Below, one piece after another: positions 45,732 to 55,663 of a stretch of DNA of 64,000 nt; the stretch's first letter is position 1, and the number at the start of each line of letters is the position of its first letter. Both the position numbers and the translations under genes were made by a program. The DNA is taken from assembly GCA_016210485.1 (NCBI GenBank), contig JACQUD010000049.1, positions 5,066 to 69,065 of the forward strand, written 5' to 3'. Source of the DNA: Chloroflexota bacterium. Lineage in GTDB: Bacteria > Chloroflexota > Dehalococcoidia > JACQUD01. The notes beneath the pieces were generated by a model. The model was not told the origin of the DNA and ran no database searches. It saw only the letters and a list, made by a program, of their open reading frames with translations.

Positions 45732-46457
45732 TTGAACCGCTTCTTCGTCCCGGTAGAATGGCTTCAGGGAGGTTCGGCCCACCTCCAGGGCCAGGCCCTC
45801 CACCAGATAGCCCATGTCCTGCGCCTGGCCCCCGGCGACACCATCGCTGTGCTGGACAACTCCGGCTGGGAATATATGGTCCGGCTGGAGCGCCTGGGAA
45901 GCAAGGAGGCAACAGGGGAGATTGTAGAGCGGCGGCAGATAGAGGAGCCGAGGGTCAGGCTCTGCCTCTACCAGGGACTCCTCAAAAGCGACAAGTTCGA
46001 GCAGGTGCTACAAAAAGGGACGGAGCTGGGGGTCTCGACCTTCGTCCCGCTCCTGTGCCAGCGCAGCCTGGCCGTCCCTTCGGAGGCCAGGCTGCGCCGC
46101 TGGCAACGCATCCTCAGAGAGGCTACCGAGCAATCCCGGCGCGGTCGTCTGCCCTCGCTGATGGAACCCGTCTCCTTCGACCAGGCCTGCCGCGAGGCCA
46201 GAGGCTTCTCCCTCATACCCTGGGAGGAGGAGAAAGGCCTGGGGCTAAGACAAGCTCTCAGGAAAAAGGCGAGCGCGGAAACTGATATAAGCCTGTTCAT
46301 CGGCCCAGAGGGGGGCTTCACTCCTGAAGAAGTAGAGTTGGCCCGGACCTGTGGCATCGTCCCGGTATCCCTGGGCCCGAGGATCCTCCGGGCCGAGACC
46401 GCCGGTATCGTCGCCGCCGCCGCTGTGCTCTATGAACTGGGGGAGTTGGGGGGCTAG
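45732..46457 (+). CDS. rsmE: 16S rRNA (uracil1498-N3)-methyltransferase
   Basis: NRFFVP start, LYQGLLKSDKFE, SRRGRLP, FIGPEGGFT, LGPRILRAETA. TTG start. Confidence 0.85.
   Translation: MNRFFVPVEWLQGGSAHLQGQALHQIAHVLRLAPGDTIAVLDNSGWEYMVRLERLGSKEATGEIVERRQIEEPRVRLCLYQGLLKSDKFEQVLQKGTELGVSTFVPLLCQRSLAVPSEARLRRWQRILREATEQSRRGRLPSLMEPVSFDQACREARGFSLIPWEEEKGLGLRQALRKKASAETDISLFIGPEGGFTPEEVELARTCGIVPVSLGPRILRAETAGIVAAAAVLYELGELGG
45736..45769 (+). repeat. right copy of the imperfect direct repeat (5' end of the intact rsmE)
   Basis: See 41355-41388. Confidence 0.8.
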
Positions 46458-47104
46458 ACCAGCTTGTCAGCGCCCCACTTCAGGAAGAAGGCCCCCATGG
46501 CCAGGACGAACAGGCCACAGGCGACCAACAAGCCCCGGTAAGCGGCATCCCGCAGCCACCGCCGTCCAGTGGCGATGAGGCCGGAGACCAGGCTATACCA
46601 GGCCAGGTCTGCTAGCACATGCCCCAGGTAGAAGGCTACCAACCCGGCCACCCCCATCCCCAGCGCCCACACCACATAGGTAGCCCCGATGGTGGCCCAC
46701 CATATCACCCACCCCGGGTTGAACAGGCTGGCCATGGCTCCGGCCAGGGGCACCCTCAGACGAGAGGTAGAGTTGCGCCCCGGGTTGGCCTCCAGCCCCA
46801 TTCGCGCCTTCCTGGCGTTCTTCACCATGGATATCCCCATAACCAGAAGGAGCAGGCCCCCAGCCAGGTCAATGGCCCCGGTTGCCGCCTTCTGATCCAG
46901 GAGCTGGCTCATCCCTAAAGCTATGAGCACCGCCACGGTGAACTCCGTGATGCCGTGGCCCAGGACGATGCCCGGCCCTGCCCAGAATCCATGCCGCGCC
47001 GTCTGGGCGATGTCCATTGCCAGCAGTGGCCCTGGCAGCAAAGCCCCAGACAGCCCCACTACGAAAGAGGTAACGAAGACGATGAGCAAAGTAGGCTCGG
47101 GCAT
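46454..47104 (-). CDS. LysE/RhtB family amino-acid exporter
   Basis: 216 aa, 6 TM. N-terminus SFVVGLSGALLPGPLL. Confidence 0.8.
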   Translation of the reverse strand: MPEPTLLIVFVTSFVVGLSGALLPGPLLAMDIAQTARHGFWAGPGIVLGHGITEFTVAVLIALGMSQLLDQKAATGAIDLAGGLLLLVMGISMVKNARKARMGLEANPGRNSTSRLRVPLAGAMASLFNPGWVIWWATIGATYVVWALGMGVAGLVAFYLGHVLADLAWYSLVSGLIATGRRWLRDAAYRGLLVACGLFVLAMGAFFLKWGADKLV

Positions 47105-47189
47105 ACTCTAACTCCTGGGCCTCCGTTTCCATTATACTAGGAGAAAAGGGAGAGGTGCCGAAAGTGCTCTTTGAAGCATTACGAGGCTA

Positions 47190-49112
47190 ATGATGGACGC
47201 CCGCCACTGGCTTTCTTCCCTGGCTCGACGGGTGGACCCCTGGCTGGCCCTGGCCCTAGCCGTGGGGGGTTGGGTCCGTTTCGGCCGCATCGGCGATTTC
47301 GACAACCAGTACTACACCGCCACCGTGGCCTCCATGCTCCAGAGCCTCCACAACTTTCTCTACGCCTCCTTCGACCCCGGGGGCATGGTCATGGTGGACA
47401 AGCCTCCGGGTGCCTTCTGGGTCCAGGCCATCCTCCCCGCCATCTTCGGGGTTAGCCGGTGGGCAGTGAACCTGCCCCAGGCCCTGGCGGGCACTCTCTC
47501 CATGCTCATCCTCTACCTGATAATCCGGCGCACCTTCGGGTGGGTTGCCGGGGCAGCGGCTGCCTTGGCCCTCATGGCCCTGCCCGCCAGCATCGTTATC
47601 GACAGCCGCAACGAGCCCGATGGCATCCTCATGTTCACCCTGCTCTTGGTGGCTCTGTGCATCATGAAAGCCGCCCGCTCGGGGTGGTGGCCCTGGCTTC
47701 TGGCTTTCGCCCTGCTCATGGCCTTCGCCTTCAACATAAAGATGCTGGTGGCTTTCGTGCCCCTGCCCGCCTTCCTCCTCTACTACCTGTTGGCGGCCCG
47801 GCTGCCGGCACGACGCCTGGCGCTGAGCGTCATCGCTACCGGGGCGCTCCTGCTCATTTTCTCCTTTTCCTGGGCATCGGCGGTAGCCCTGACGCCCACC
47901 GGGAGCCGCCCCTATATCGGCTCCACCAGGGACAACTCCATCTGGACCCTGGTCTTCAAATACAACGGCCTCGACCGCTTCACCTCCTTCATCGGCCCCC
48001 GGCCCCAGCAGCTTCAGCCCGGGGCCGCCTTGCCTCCTGGAGCTCCCGGATACCTACCTCAACAGGTAGCCCCAGCCAGCGCAGCGGCACCGGACCAGGG
48101 GGTGCTGGGCCTGTTCACTAACCCCCTGGCCGCCCAGCTCGGATGGCTGCTGCCCCTGGGCGTCCTGGCGCTGATGGCCTCCCTGGCCCTCCTCTTGAGC
48201 CAGCGAGTCCTCCGGCGGCCTCTCGCCTTCCTGTCGGAGGCCAGGGAGTCCCCGGCAATCGCGGAGACCATACTTTGGACGGGCTGGCTGGGTACCGCCG
48301 GGCTGGCCTTCGGGCTGGCCAACGCTACCACCACCCACCCCTACTACCTGGTGGGGATGGCCCTGCCCCTGGCGGCGACCCTGGGCATCGGCTTCGCTGC
48401 CCTATGGCGGGCCTTCCGCGAGGGGGCGGCCATCGCCTGGATACTGCCTCTGGCCCTGGCGGGGGGCCTGGCCTACCAGATGTATCTCTCCCGGGGGCAG
48501 GTGGGGGACCTGATGGTGGCGGCAGCTACAGTCGTCATGCTGTTGGCCCTGATAACAGTCTCCGTGGCCCTCTGGAGGAAGCTGGGCGACTCCCCTCTGG
48601 CAGTGGGGGCGGCGGCGATGGGTGGATTATCCCTGCTCATCATCCCCCTGATATTCGGGCTTTCCTTCGGAGGCCAGATAGCCGGGCCTGGCCCCGGCTC
48701 AGGGCTACAGCGGCCCCCCCAGGCCCCTCGCCTCAACCCGGAGCAGGGGCGCGTCCTGGACATCTCGTCCTATATCGAACGAGAGGGCGACGCCGGGTCG
48801 GTCTTCGTGGTGGGGGCGGTCAACGCCCGGGAGGCAGCGCCCTTCATCATCGCCGGGGTGTCTGCTCTGGCCATCGGGGGCTTCTCCGGGGGCGACCCGG
48901 TTTTCACAGTAGCTTCCTTCAGGGAGATGGTCGAGCGGGGGGAATTGCGCTACTTCCTCATGCCCACCCCCGGCGGAACGGGGGGGGCCGGCGGGCCTGG
49001 GGGGCAGCCGCAGCAGGGGCCTATTCTGAGCTACATCCGAAACAACTGGCAGGATGTGTCCCGGGCGGCAGGGCTGCCCCCGGGGAGCCTTTATCGATAC
49101 CGGGGCCCTTAG
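47190..49112 (+). CDS. polytopic glycosyltransferase (GT39/ArnT-PMT-like)
   Basis: 640 aa. N-terminal DFDNQYYTATVASM...VDKPPG loop typical of GT-C enzymes. More than 10 TM helices. Confidence 0.7.
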   Translation: MMDARHWLSSLARRVDPWLALALAVGGWVRFGRIGDFDNQYYTATVASMLQSLHNFLYASFDPGGMVMVDKPPGAFWVQAILPAIFGVSRWAVNLPQALAGTLSMLILYLIIRRTFGWVAGAAAALALMALPASIVIDSRNEPDGILMFTLLLVALCIMKAARSGWWPWLLAFALLMAFAFNIKMLVAFVPLPAFLLYYLLAARLPARRLALSVIATGALLLIFSFSWASAVALTPTGSRPYIGSTRDNSIWTLVFKYNGLDRFTSFIGPRPQQLQPGAALPPGAPGYLPQQVAPASAAAPDQGVLGLFTNPLAAQLGWLLPLGVLALMASLALLLSQRVLRRPLAFLSEARESPAIAETILWTGWLGTAGLAFGLANATTTHPYYLVGMALPLAATLGIGFAALWRAFREGAAIAWILPLALAGGLAYQMYLSRGQVGDLMVAAATVVMLLALITVSVALWRKLGDSPLAVGAAAMGGLSLLIIPLIFGLSFGGQIAGPGPGSGLQRPPQAPRLNPEQGRVLDISSYIEREGDAGSVFVVGAVNAREAAPFIIAGVSALAIGGFSGGDPVFTVASFREMVERGELRYFLMPTPGGTGGAGGPGGQPQQGPILSYIRNNWQDVSRAAGLPPGSLYRYRGP

Positions 49113-50122
49113 CTTCCCACCCCCCACCACTCCGGCTTGGCCTCCCGGGCCAGGAGCTCGGCCACGGCCCGGCGCACCTCCAGCCCCTCGTAGAGCACCC
49201 GATACATCCCCTCGGCGATGGGCATCTCCACCCCCCGCTCCCGGGCCAGGCGGCGGGCCGCCACCGTGGTGGGCATGCCCTCGGCCACCTGGTTCATGGA
49301 GGCCAGGACCTCCTGCAGTGGCCGGCCCCTGGCCAGCTCCACCCCCACGTAGTGGTTGCGGCTCAGAGGGCTGGAGCAGGTAGCCACCAGGTCGCCCAGG
49401 CCGGCCAGGCCGGAGAAGGTGAGGTGGTTGGCCCCCAGGGCCACGCCCAGGCGGGTGATCTCGGCTAGGCCCCGGGCCATGAGGGCTGCCTTGGCGTTAT
49501 CGCCGTAGCCCAGGCCATCGCTCATGCCCGCCCCCAGGGCGATAATGTTCTTCAGAGCGCCCCCCAGCTCCACTCCCACTACGTCCTCGCTGGTATAGAC
49601 CCGGAACACGGGCGACATCAGGAGGCGCTGGGCCTGGAGCGCCACCTCCTTGTTCGAAGAGGCGGCCACCGCCGAGGCCGGCAGCCCGCGGGCGATCTCC
49701 TGGGAGAGGTTGGGGCCGGAGAGGACAGCGATGCGGTCAGTTAGGGCAGGGGCCTCCTCGGCCATGGCCTGAGACATCCTTTTCCCGGTCTCCACTTCCA
49801 GTCCCTTGGCGGCGCTCAGGAGGATGGTGTCCCGGGCCAGATAGGGGTGAGCCTGGGCCACATTGCCCCGCATGGTCTGGGAGGGCACCGCCAGGATGGT
49901 CATCTCTGCTCCGGAGAGGGCCTCCTCCAGGGAGGAGGTAACCAGCAGGCCCGGGGGGAAGGGGAAGCCCGGCAGGCGGGCGCGGTTTTCGCCGTCCTGG
50001 GCCAGGCGCTGGGCCTCCTCGGGGGTGCGTGCCCACAGGCCGACCCCCATCCCCCTTCTGGCCATCATTATGGCCAGGGTGGTGCCCCAGGCCGTGGTGC
50101 CTATGATGCCGATGCGGCTCAT
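49109..50122 (-). CDS. gpsA: NAD(P)H-dependent glycerol-3-phosphate dehydrogenase
   Basis: IGIIGTTAWGTTLA, GALKNIIALGAG, and family match end to end by eye. Confidence 0.9.
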   Translation of the reverse strand: MSRIGIIGTTAWGTTLAIMMARRGMGVGLWARTPEEAQRLAQDGENRARLPGFPFPPGLLVTSSLEEALSGAEMTILAVPSQTMRGNVAQAHPYLARDTILLSAAKGLEVETGKRMSQAMAEEAPALTDRIAVLSGPNLSQEIARGLPASAVAASSNKEVALQAQRLLMSPVFRVYTSEDVVGVELGGALKNIIALGAGMSDGLGYGDNAKAALMARGLAEITRLGVALGANHLTFSGLAGLGDLVATCSSPLSRNHYVGVELARGRPLQEVLASMNQVAEGMPTTVAARRLARERGVEMPIAEGMYRVLYEGLEVRRAVAELLAREAKPEWWGVGS

Positions 50123-50736
50123 GGCTCCGTCCTCATCTCGGCGGGCTGGCCCAGCTTACGCTCGGTGCCTGCCAGAAGCCTCGATATATTGTCCCGATGC
50201 TGGAACACGATGAGGGCCGCCGCCCCCAGGCCATAAGCTATGTAGGGAATCGGCGCCCACCCCGCCAGGGACCATCCGACCAGGCCCGCCCCCACCACCA
50301 CTGACCCCAGGACGGAGCCCAGGGAGACGTAGCGGGTCAGGGCGATGATGGCCAGCCATACCCCCAGACCCATCAGGGCTACGGGCCAGGATAGAGCCAG
50401 CAAGCCGCCCAGGCCGGTGGTTACGCCCCGCCCGCCCCGGAACCCCAGGAATACGGGCCAGTTATGCCCGGCCAGCGCCGCCAGCCCAGCCCCCACCTGG
50501 GCCACATCCGACCCCACCAGATAGCGGGCCAGGAGCACCGCACCCACCCCTTTGGCCAGGTCACCGATGAACACCGCGGCTGCCACCTTGCCCCCCAGGG
50601 TGCGCAGGACGTTGGTGACCCCCGTCCGGCCGCTGCCGTAGCGCCGCACATCCACCCCCTTCAAACGGCCCAACACTGCCCCGAAGGACACGGACCCCAG
50701 GAAGTAGCCCAGAACTATTACGCCGACGGTTGCCAT
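50119..50736 (-). CDS. plsY: glycerol-3-phosphate acyltransferase PlsY
   Basis: I chose the ATG at 50736 ([19 protein letters not shown]; GSGRTGVTNV). The upstream part of the track ORF overlaps der. Confidence 0.88.
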   Translation of the reverse strand: MATVGVIVLGYFLGSVSFGAVLGRLKGVDVRRYGSGRTGVTNVLRTLGGKVAAAVFIGDLAKGVGAVLLARYLVGSDVAQVGAGLAALAGHNWPVFLGFRGGRGVTTGLGGLLALSWPVALMGLGVWLAIIALTRYVSLGSVLGSVVVGAGLVGWSLAGWAPIPYIAYGLGAAALIVFQHRDNISRLLAGTERKLGQPAEMRTEP

Positions 50737-52064
50737 GCCTTCCCCTTTCCTCGCTCCCTCCCTCGGAAGACCAGCTTGAGAGAGACCCCAGAGAAGCCGA
50801 AGGCCTGCCTCAGGCGATTCTCCAGGAATCTCTGATAAGAGAAGTGGAGGAGCTTGGGGTCGTTGACGAAGAAGACGAAGGTCGGTGGGCTGACATCGGC
50901 CTGGGTGACGTAGAGAATGCGCAGGGAGCGCCCCGCCTTGGTGGGAGGGCCATGGGCTGACATCGCCTCGGCCACCACTCGGTTCAATTCGCCCGTGGGC
51001 ACCCGCTGCGACCTGCCCAGGGCCACCTCTAGGGCTGCGGGCAGGATGTCCTCCAGCCTCCACCCCTTCAGCGCCGAGACGAACAGCAGGGGCGACGGCG
51101 GCAGGAAGTGGAACTTCTCCCAAATGGCCTGGGCCCAGCGTCCCTCATCCCTTTCCTCCGGAGGCACCAGGTCCCACTTGTTCACCACCAGGACCAGGCC
51201 CTTGTAAGCCTCCAGGATGTAGCTAACTACATGGGCATCTTGAGCTGTTGCTGGCTCTGGGGCTTCCATAACCAGAAGGGCGACGTCGGCCCGAGCGATG
51301 GCTCGGAGGGCGCGGAGCACGCTGTATTTCTCAACTCCCACCTCCACCCGGCCTCGCCGCCGCAGCCCGGCGGTGTCTATAAGCACCAGAGGCTGGCCCT
51401 CATAGAGCAGAGGTGTGTCCAGGGCGTCCCGGGTGGTGCCCGGCACCTCGCTGACGATGGCCCTCTCCTGGCCCAGCAAGGCGTTGAGCAGGAGGGACTT
51501 ACCCACGTTGGGCCGCCCCACTATGGCTAGCCGGACTCCCTCCGCCGGAGCCTCCTCGGGAGCCTGGGCAGGCAAATGCTCCAGCATGTGCTCCACCAGC
51601 TCCGAGACGCCCATGCCGTGGTAGGCGCTCACGGGGATGGGGTCGCCCAGGCCCAGCTCATAGAACTGAACGGAGTCCTGGGCACGGCTCTGGCTGTCAG
51701 CCTTGTTGGCCACCAGCATGATGGGCTGCCTCCGGCGGCGCAGGGCCTGGGCCACATCCCGGTCCAGAGCGGTGATGCCCTGGACGGCGTCCACCAGGAA
51801 CAAGACGAGGTCTGCCTCAGCCAGGGCGACCCCCACCTGAGCCTTCACCTTCTGGGCCATCTCGGTGGTCGGCTCCACCTCCAGTCCGCCTGTGTCCACC
51901 AGGGTCACCTCGCGACCCTCCAGATCGGCATGTGCGTAGACCCGGTCCCGGGTAGTCCCAGGCCGGTCCTCGACAATAGCCAGGGTCCTGCGGGCCAGGC
52001 GGTTGAACAAGGTGGATTTGCCCACGTTGGGCCGTCCCACTATAGCGATGAGCGGCATGGTCAA
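50718..52064 (-). CDS. der: ribosome-associated GTPase Der (EngA)
   Basis: Two G domains ([12 protein letters not shown] and [12 protein letters not shown]) plus a KH-like C-terminus. Confidence 0.92.
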   Translation of the reverse strand: MTMPLIAIVGRPNVGKSTLFNRLARRTLAIVEDRPGTTRDRVYAHADLEGREVTLVDTGGLEVEPTTEMAQKVKAQVGVALAEADLVLFLVDAVQGITALDRDVAQALRRRRQPIMLVANKADSQSRAQDSVQFYELGLGDPIPVSAYHGMGVSELVEHMLEHLPAQAPEEAPAEGVRLAIVGRPNVGKSLLLNALLGQERAIVSEVPGTTRDALDTPLLYEGQPLVLIDTAGLRRRGRVEVGVEKYSVLRALRAIARADVALLVMEAPEPATAQDAHVVSYILEAYKGLVLVVNKWDLVPPEERDEGRWAQAIWEKFHFLPPSPLLFVSALKGWRLEDILPAALEVALGRSQRVPTGELNRVVAEAMSAHGPPTKAGRSLRILYVTQADVSPPTFVFFVNDPKLLHFSYQRFLENRLRQAFGFSGVSLKLVFRGRERGKGKAWQPSA

Positions 52065-52067
52065 CGC

Positions 52068-52985
52068 TTACCTGCCCAAAAGCTCCGCCAGGATGGCCTT
52101 CTGGATGTGAAGCCGATTTTCGGCTTGGTCGAAGACCACGGACTGAGGGGAGTCTATGAGACCGGGGGCCAGCTCCTCGCCGGGGTGGGCTGGGAGAGGG
52201 TGCATAAGGATGGCCTCGGGGCCAGCCTGGCTCAAAAGCTCCTGGGTGACCTGATAGGGAGTGAAGACTCGGCGTCTCTCCACAGCCTCGGCCTCCTGGC
52301 CCATGCTCGTCCACACGTCCGTATAGACCACATCGGCCCCGCGGACGGCGGCGACGGGGTCTTTAGTGCACAGGATGCTGCCCCCACTGGCCGTAGCCAG
52401 GGCCTTGGCTTTGCGCCGGAAGTCGTCGCCCACCAGATAGCCATGAGGAGAGGCGATGCGGAAGTGCATGCCGGCCAGGGCGCAGGCCAGCATCAGGCTG
52501 TGGGCTACGTTATTGCCATCGCCCACAAAGGCCAGGGTCAACCCAGTAAGCCGTCCTTTCTTCTCGTAGATGGTGAGGAGGTCGCCCAGGGCCTGGCAGG
52601 GGTGCTCGGCATCCGACAGGGCGTTGATGACAGGGATAGTGGCGTGGCGGGCCAGTTCCTCCACGGTGGCCTGGGCGAAGGTGCGAGCGGTGATGCCGTC
52701 CACATAGCGGCCAATAGTCCGGGCCACATCGGCGATGGGCTCCCGCCGGCCCAGCCCCACCTCGGCATCCGAGAGGTAGATAGCATGGCCCCCCAGTTGG
52801 TACATGGCCACATCGAAGCTGACCCTGGTGCGCAGGGAGGGCTTCTCGAAGAGAAGAGCCAGGGTGCGCCCCGTCAGGGGCGCTCCGCCCTCCTCCCCCA
52901 TCTTCATGGCCTGGGCACGCTCCAGTAAGCGCCGTACATCCCCAACGTCCAGGTCAGCGACAGAAATCAAATCTTTACCTTTCAT
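52068..52985 (-). CDS. argF: ornithine carbamoyltransferase
   Basis: SLRTRVSFD, HPCQAL, DVWTSMG, HPLPA. Confidence 0.92.
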   Translation of the reverse strand: MKGKDLISVADLDVGDVRRLLERAQAMKMGEEGGAPLTGRTLALLFEKPSLRTRVSFDVAMYQLGGHAIYLSDAEVGLGRREPIADVARTIGRYVDGITARTFAQATVEELARHATIPVINALSDAEHPCQALGDLLTIYEKKGRLTGLTLAFVGDGNNVAHSLMLACALAGMHFRIASPHGYLVGDDFRRKAKALATASGGSILCTKDPVAAVRGADVVYTDVWTSMGQEAEAVERRRVFTPYQVTQELLSQAGPEAILMHPLPAHPGEELAPGLIDSPQSVVFDQAENRLHIQKAILAELLGR

Positions 52986-53332
52986 AGCTCTTCTCCTCTG
53001 GAGCCATTGTATAGCAGCGCAACCGGGGCTTCAACGAGAAAAGGGGAAGGCCAGGCTGGAGAGCCCGGGATCGTTGCCCAAGTGGCAAGCCCCTCTGTCC
53101 CTTGCTGCAATTATGCGAAGGCACTTTTTAGTCAATAGCCATAACTGGCCCAAGAATCATGGAGATAAAAGGAACGCTGCTAAAGGGTGACTCCAATCCT
53201 GCATGAGATATCATGGGATAAGGTAGCCTGTCAAATAGATCATTTATTTGACATCCTGTGATATGACGTGGTGTAGATTGAAGGGAAGCCCGCTTGAACG
53301 GGGCTTTAGCTGGGCAGGAGAAGCACAAGGCT

Positions 53333-55003
53333 ATGGAAGAAACGAGGCCAGCCCTGGACATCGCCATCATCCTGGCCGCTGCTTTGGCTGGCGGGGTGGT
53401 GGCTCGACGCCTGGGCTCCCCTGTAATCCTGGGCTACCTCATCGGCGGCATCGCCATCGGGCCCTACGGACTGCGGGCGGTGCAGGACGTGGAAATGGTG
53501 GAGGCCATGGCCAGCGTGGGGGTGGTCCTCCTCATGTTCGCCCTGGGCCTCCAGTTCTCTCTGAGGGAGCTGCGCCAGATGGGGAGGGTAGCTACCCTGG
53601 GCGGCGCTCTCCAGGTGGGGGCCACGGCAGCCCTGGGGACGGGGGTGGGGCTGCTCCTGGGCTGGGAGGCCCGGGAGTCTATCTTCCTGGGCTTCATCAT
53701 GGCCATGAGCAGCACCATGGTCCTGCTCAAGACCCTGATGGAGAGGGGAGAGCTCGATTCCCCTCACGGCAGGGTTATGCTGGGGCTGCTCATCTTTCAG
53801 GACCTGAGCGTGGTGCCTCTCATGGTCTTTCTGCCCTCCCTGGGGCAGCCGGGCCTGGGGGAGGCCATGGCCTGGGCCAGCCTCAAGGCCGTGGCGCTCC
53901 TGGCGGGGAGCCTCCTTTTGGGAGCGAGGCTGGTGCCCTGGGCCCTGGGCCGGGTGGCCACCCTGGGCTCTCGAGAGCTCTTCCTGCTCTCCGTCGTCGC
54001 TCTGAGCCTGGGCATCGCCTTCGGCACCGGGGCCGCCGGCCTGGGGATGGCCCTGGGGGCCTTCCTGGCCGGACTGCTGGTCAGCGAGTCCGACTTCGCC
54101 TACCAGGCCCTGGCCGATGTCGTCCCCATGCGGGACGTCTTCGCCATCCTCTTCTTCGTCTCCATCGGGATGCTGGTGGACCCGGCCTTCGTCTGGGAGC
54201 ATGCCTCCACGCTGACAGCCCTGGGCCTGGCCATCGTCGTCGGAAAATTCGCTATCTGCGCCCTGGTGACCCGTCTCTTCGGCTACAGCTTCAAGACCTC
54301 CCTCTTTGTGGGAGCGGGGATGATCCAGGTAGGGGAGTTCAGCCTAGTGCTGGCCCGGGTGGGCCTGGACCGGGGCGCTATCTCCCAGGACCTCTACTCT
54401 TTGACCATGGCCAGCGCCATCGTTACTATCTTACTGACCCCCCTGGCCCTGGGGTCGGCCTCCTGGGCTTACTACCGAATCGTGACGTGGCAGCCTTCCT
54501 TGCTAGCCCGAGGCGCCGACCCCGCTCCCCGGGAGGCCAGGCTGTCCCAGCACACCATCATCTGCGGCTACGGCCGGGTGGGGCAGCTCCTGGCCGAAGT
54601 GCTGGAGCGAAGGGGCTTCCCTTATCTGGCCATAGACCTGGACCCTCGGAGCATAGCCGAACTCCGAGAAAGGAAGACCCCGTGCATCTACGGCGATGCC
54701 TCTAACCTCGAGGTGCTGGCCCAGGCCGAGCTGGGCCGGGCCCGGGTGCTCATCATCGCCTTCGACGACCCCATCGCCGCGGAGCTCACTTTGAGGAATG
54801 CCCGGCGCCTGAATCCAAGGCTGGACGTGGTGGCCCGGGCGCACCGGGACGCTGACGTGGAGAGCATCCGTCGGCTGGGGGCCTCCGAGGTGGTCCGGCC
54901 CGAGTTTGAGGCCAGCCTGGAGATGTTGCGCCATACCCTCCATCGCTACGGGCTGACGGCCCAGGAGGTGCAATACATCCTGTCTACCCTGAGGCAGCAG
55001 TGA
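53333..55003 (+). CDS. CPA2-family cation:proton antiporter with a C-terminal TrkA-N (RCK) domain
   Basis: Kef-type membrane domain plus ICGYGRVGQ Rossmann domain. I chose the ATG at 53333. Confidence 0.85.
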   Translation: MEETRPALDIAIILAAALAGGVVARRLGSPVILGYLIGGIAIGPYGLRAVQDVEMVEAMASVGVVLLMFALGLQFSLRELRQMGRVATLGGALQVGATAALGTGVGLLLGWEARESIFLGFIMAMSSTMVLLKTLMERGELDSPHGRVMLGLLIFQDLSVVPLMVFLPSLGQPGLGEAMAWASLKAVALLAGSLLLGARLVPWALGRVATLGSRELFLLSVVALSLGIAFGTGAAGLGMALGAFLAGLLVSESDFAYQALADVVPMRDVFAILFFVSIGMLVDPAFVWEHASTLTALGLAIVVGKFAICALVTRLFGYSFKTSLFVGAGMIQVGEFSLVLARVGLDRGAISQDLYSLTMASAIVTILLTPLALGSASWAYYRIVTWQPSLLARGADPAPREARLSQHTIICGYGRVGQLLAEVLERRGFPYLAIDLDPRSIAELRERKTPCIYGDASNLEVLAQAELGRARVLIIAFDDPIAAELTLRNARRLNPRLDVVARAHRDADVESIRRLGASEVVRPEFEASLEMLRHTLHRYGLTAQEVQYILSTLRQQ

Positions 55004-55620
55004 GGACTCACCTCTACCTCATCCGTCACGGGCGGACGGACTGGAACCGGCAGGAGCGCTACCGGGGCCGTTTCGACCTGCCCCTGGACCAAGAGGGAGA
55101 GAGGCAGGCCCAGGCTCTGGCCCAGCGCCTGGCCCCCGTACCTCTGGAGGCCGTCTACTCCAGCCCCCTGCGCCGCGCCTGGAGCACTGCCCAGGCCGTC
55201 GTCCAGGCCCGGGGGCTGGAGGTGAGGACGCTGGCGGGCCTTCTGGACATCGACTACGGGGAGTGGCAAGGGTTGGCTCTGGATGAGGCCCAGAGCCGCT
55301 ACCCAAAGCTCTATCGAAGTTGGCAGGAGCAGCCTCAGGAGGTCAGCCTCCCCGGTGGTGAGAGCCTGGCCCAGGTGCAAGCGAGGGCTACATCAGCCCT
55401 GGAGGAGGTCAGCCGCCGTCACCCGAGAGCATTGGTGGCCCTAGTCTCTCATCGAGTAGTATGCCAGGTGATGCTCTGCGCTGCCCTGGGTTTGGGCCTA
55501 TCCCATTTCTGGCAGGTAGTGCCCGAGGTGGCCAGCCTTCAGGTTCTGGAGCACGAGGCGGGGCGCTTTCGGGTAGCGCTGTTCAACGATGCCTGCCACC
55601 TCCGAACCGCCGAGGGATGA
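55000..55620 (+). CDS. histidine phosphatase family protein (phosphoglycerate mutase / CobC-like)
   Basis: RHGRTDWN catalytic motif and a later SH. The start overlaps the upstream stop. Confidence 0.85.
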   Translation: MRTHLYLIRHGRTDWNRQERYRGRFDLPLDQEGERQAQALAQRLAPVPLEAVYSSPLRRAWSTAQAVVQARGLEVRTLAGLLDIDYGEWQGLALDEAQSRYPKLYRSWQEQPQEVSLPGGESLAQVQARATSALEEVSRRHPRALVALVSHRVVCQVMLCAALGLGLSHFWQVVPEVASLQVLEHEAGRFRVALFNDACHLRTAEG

Positions 55621-55663
55621 AGGCCCAGCTCTCTCCCGCCTGTGTTATCCGCAGATAACTTGT

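Noticed and set aside
45610-45735. A short ORF (MTTSAEEKVMAGLEILHHDQPFRSLMLKEVLALGKPL) whose stop overlaps the rsmE TTG start, as an independent gene.
   Set aside because: It is too short and has no recognisable motif. It may be the 3' remnant of whatever gene preceded rsmE in the donor or original context. It is mentioned under the cassette finding rather than called as a feature.
53230-53279. The inverted repeat GTCAAATA-N7-TATTTGAC overlapping a TTGACA, upstream of the Kef-type antiporter, could be a promoter/operator.
   Set aside because: The inverted repeat is real, but no acceptable -10 lies 16-18 nt from the TTGACA (TAGATT is 20 nt away). I therefore do not call a promoter. It remains an unassigned palindrome.
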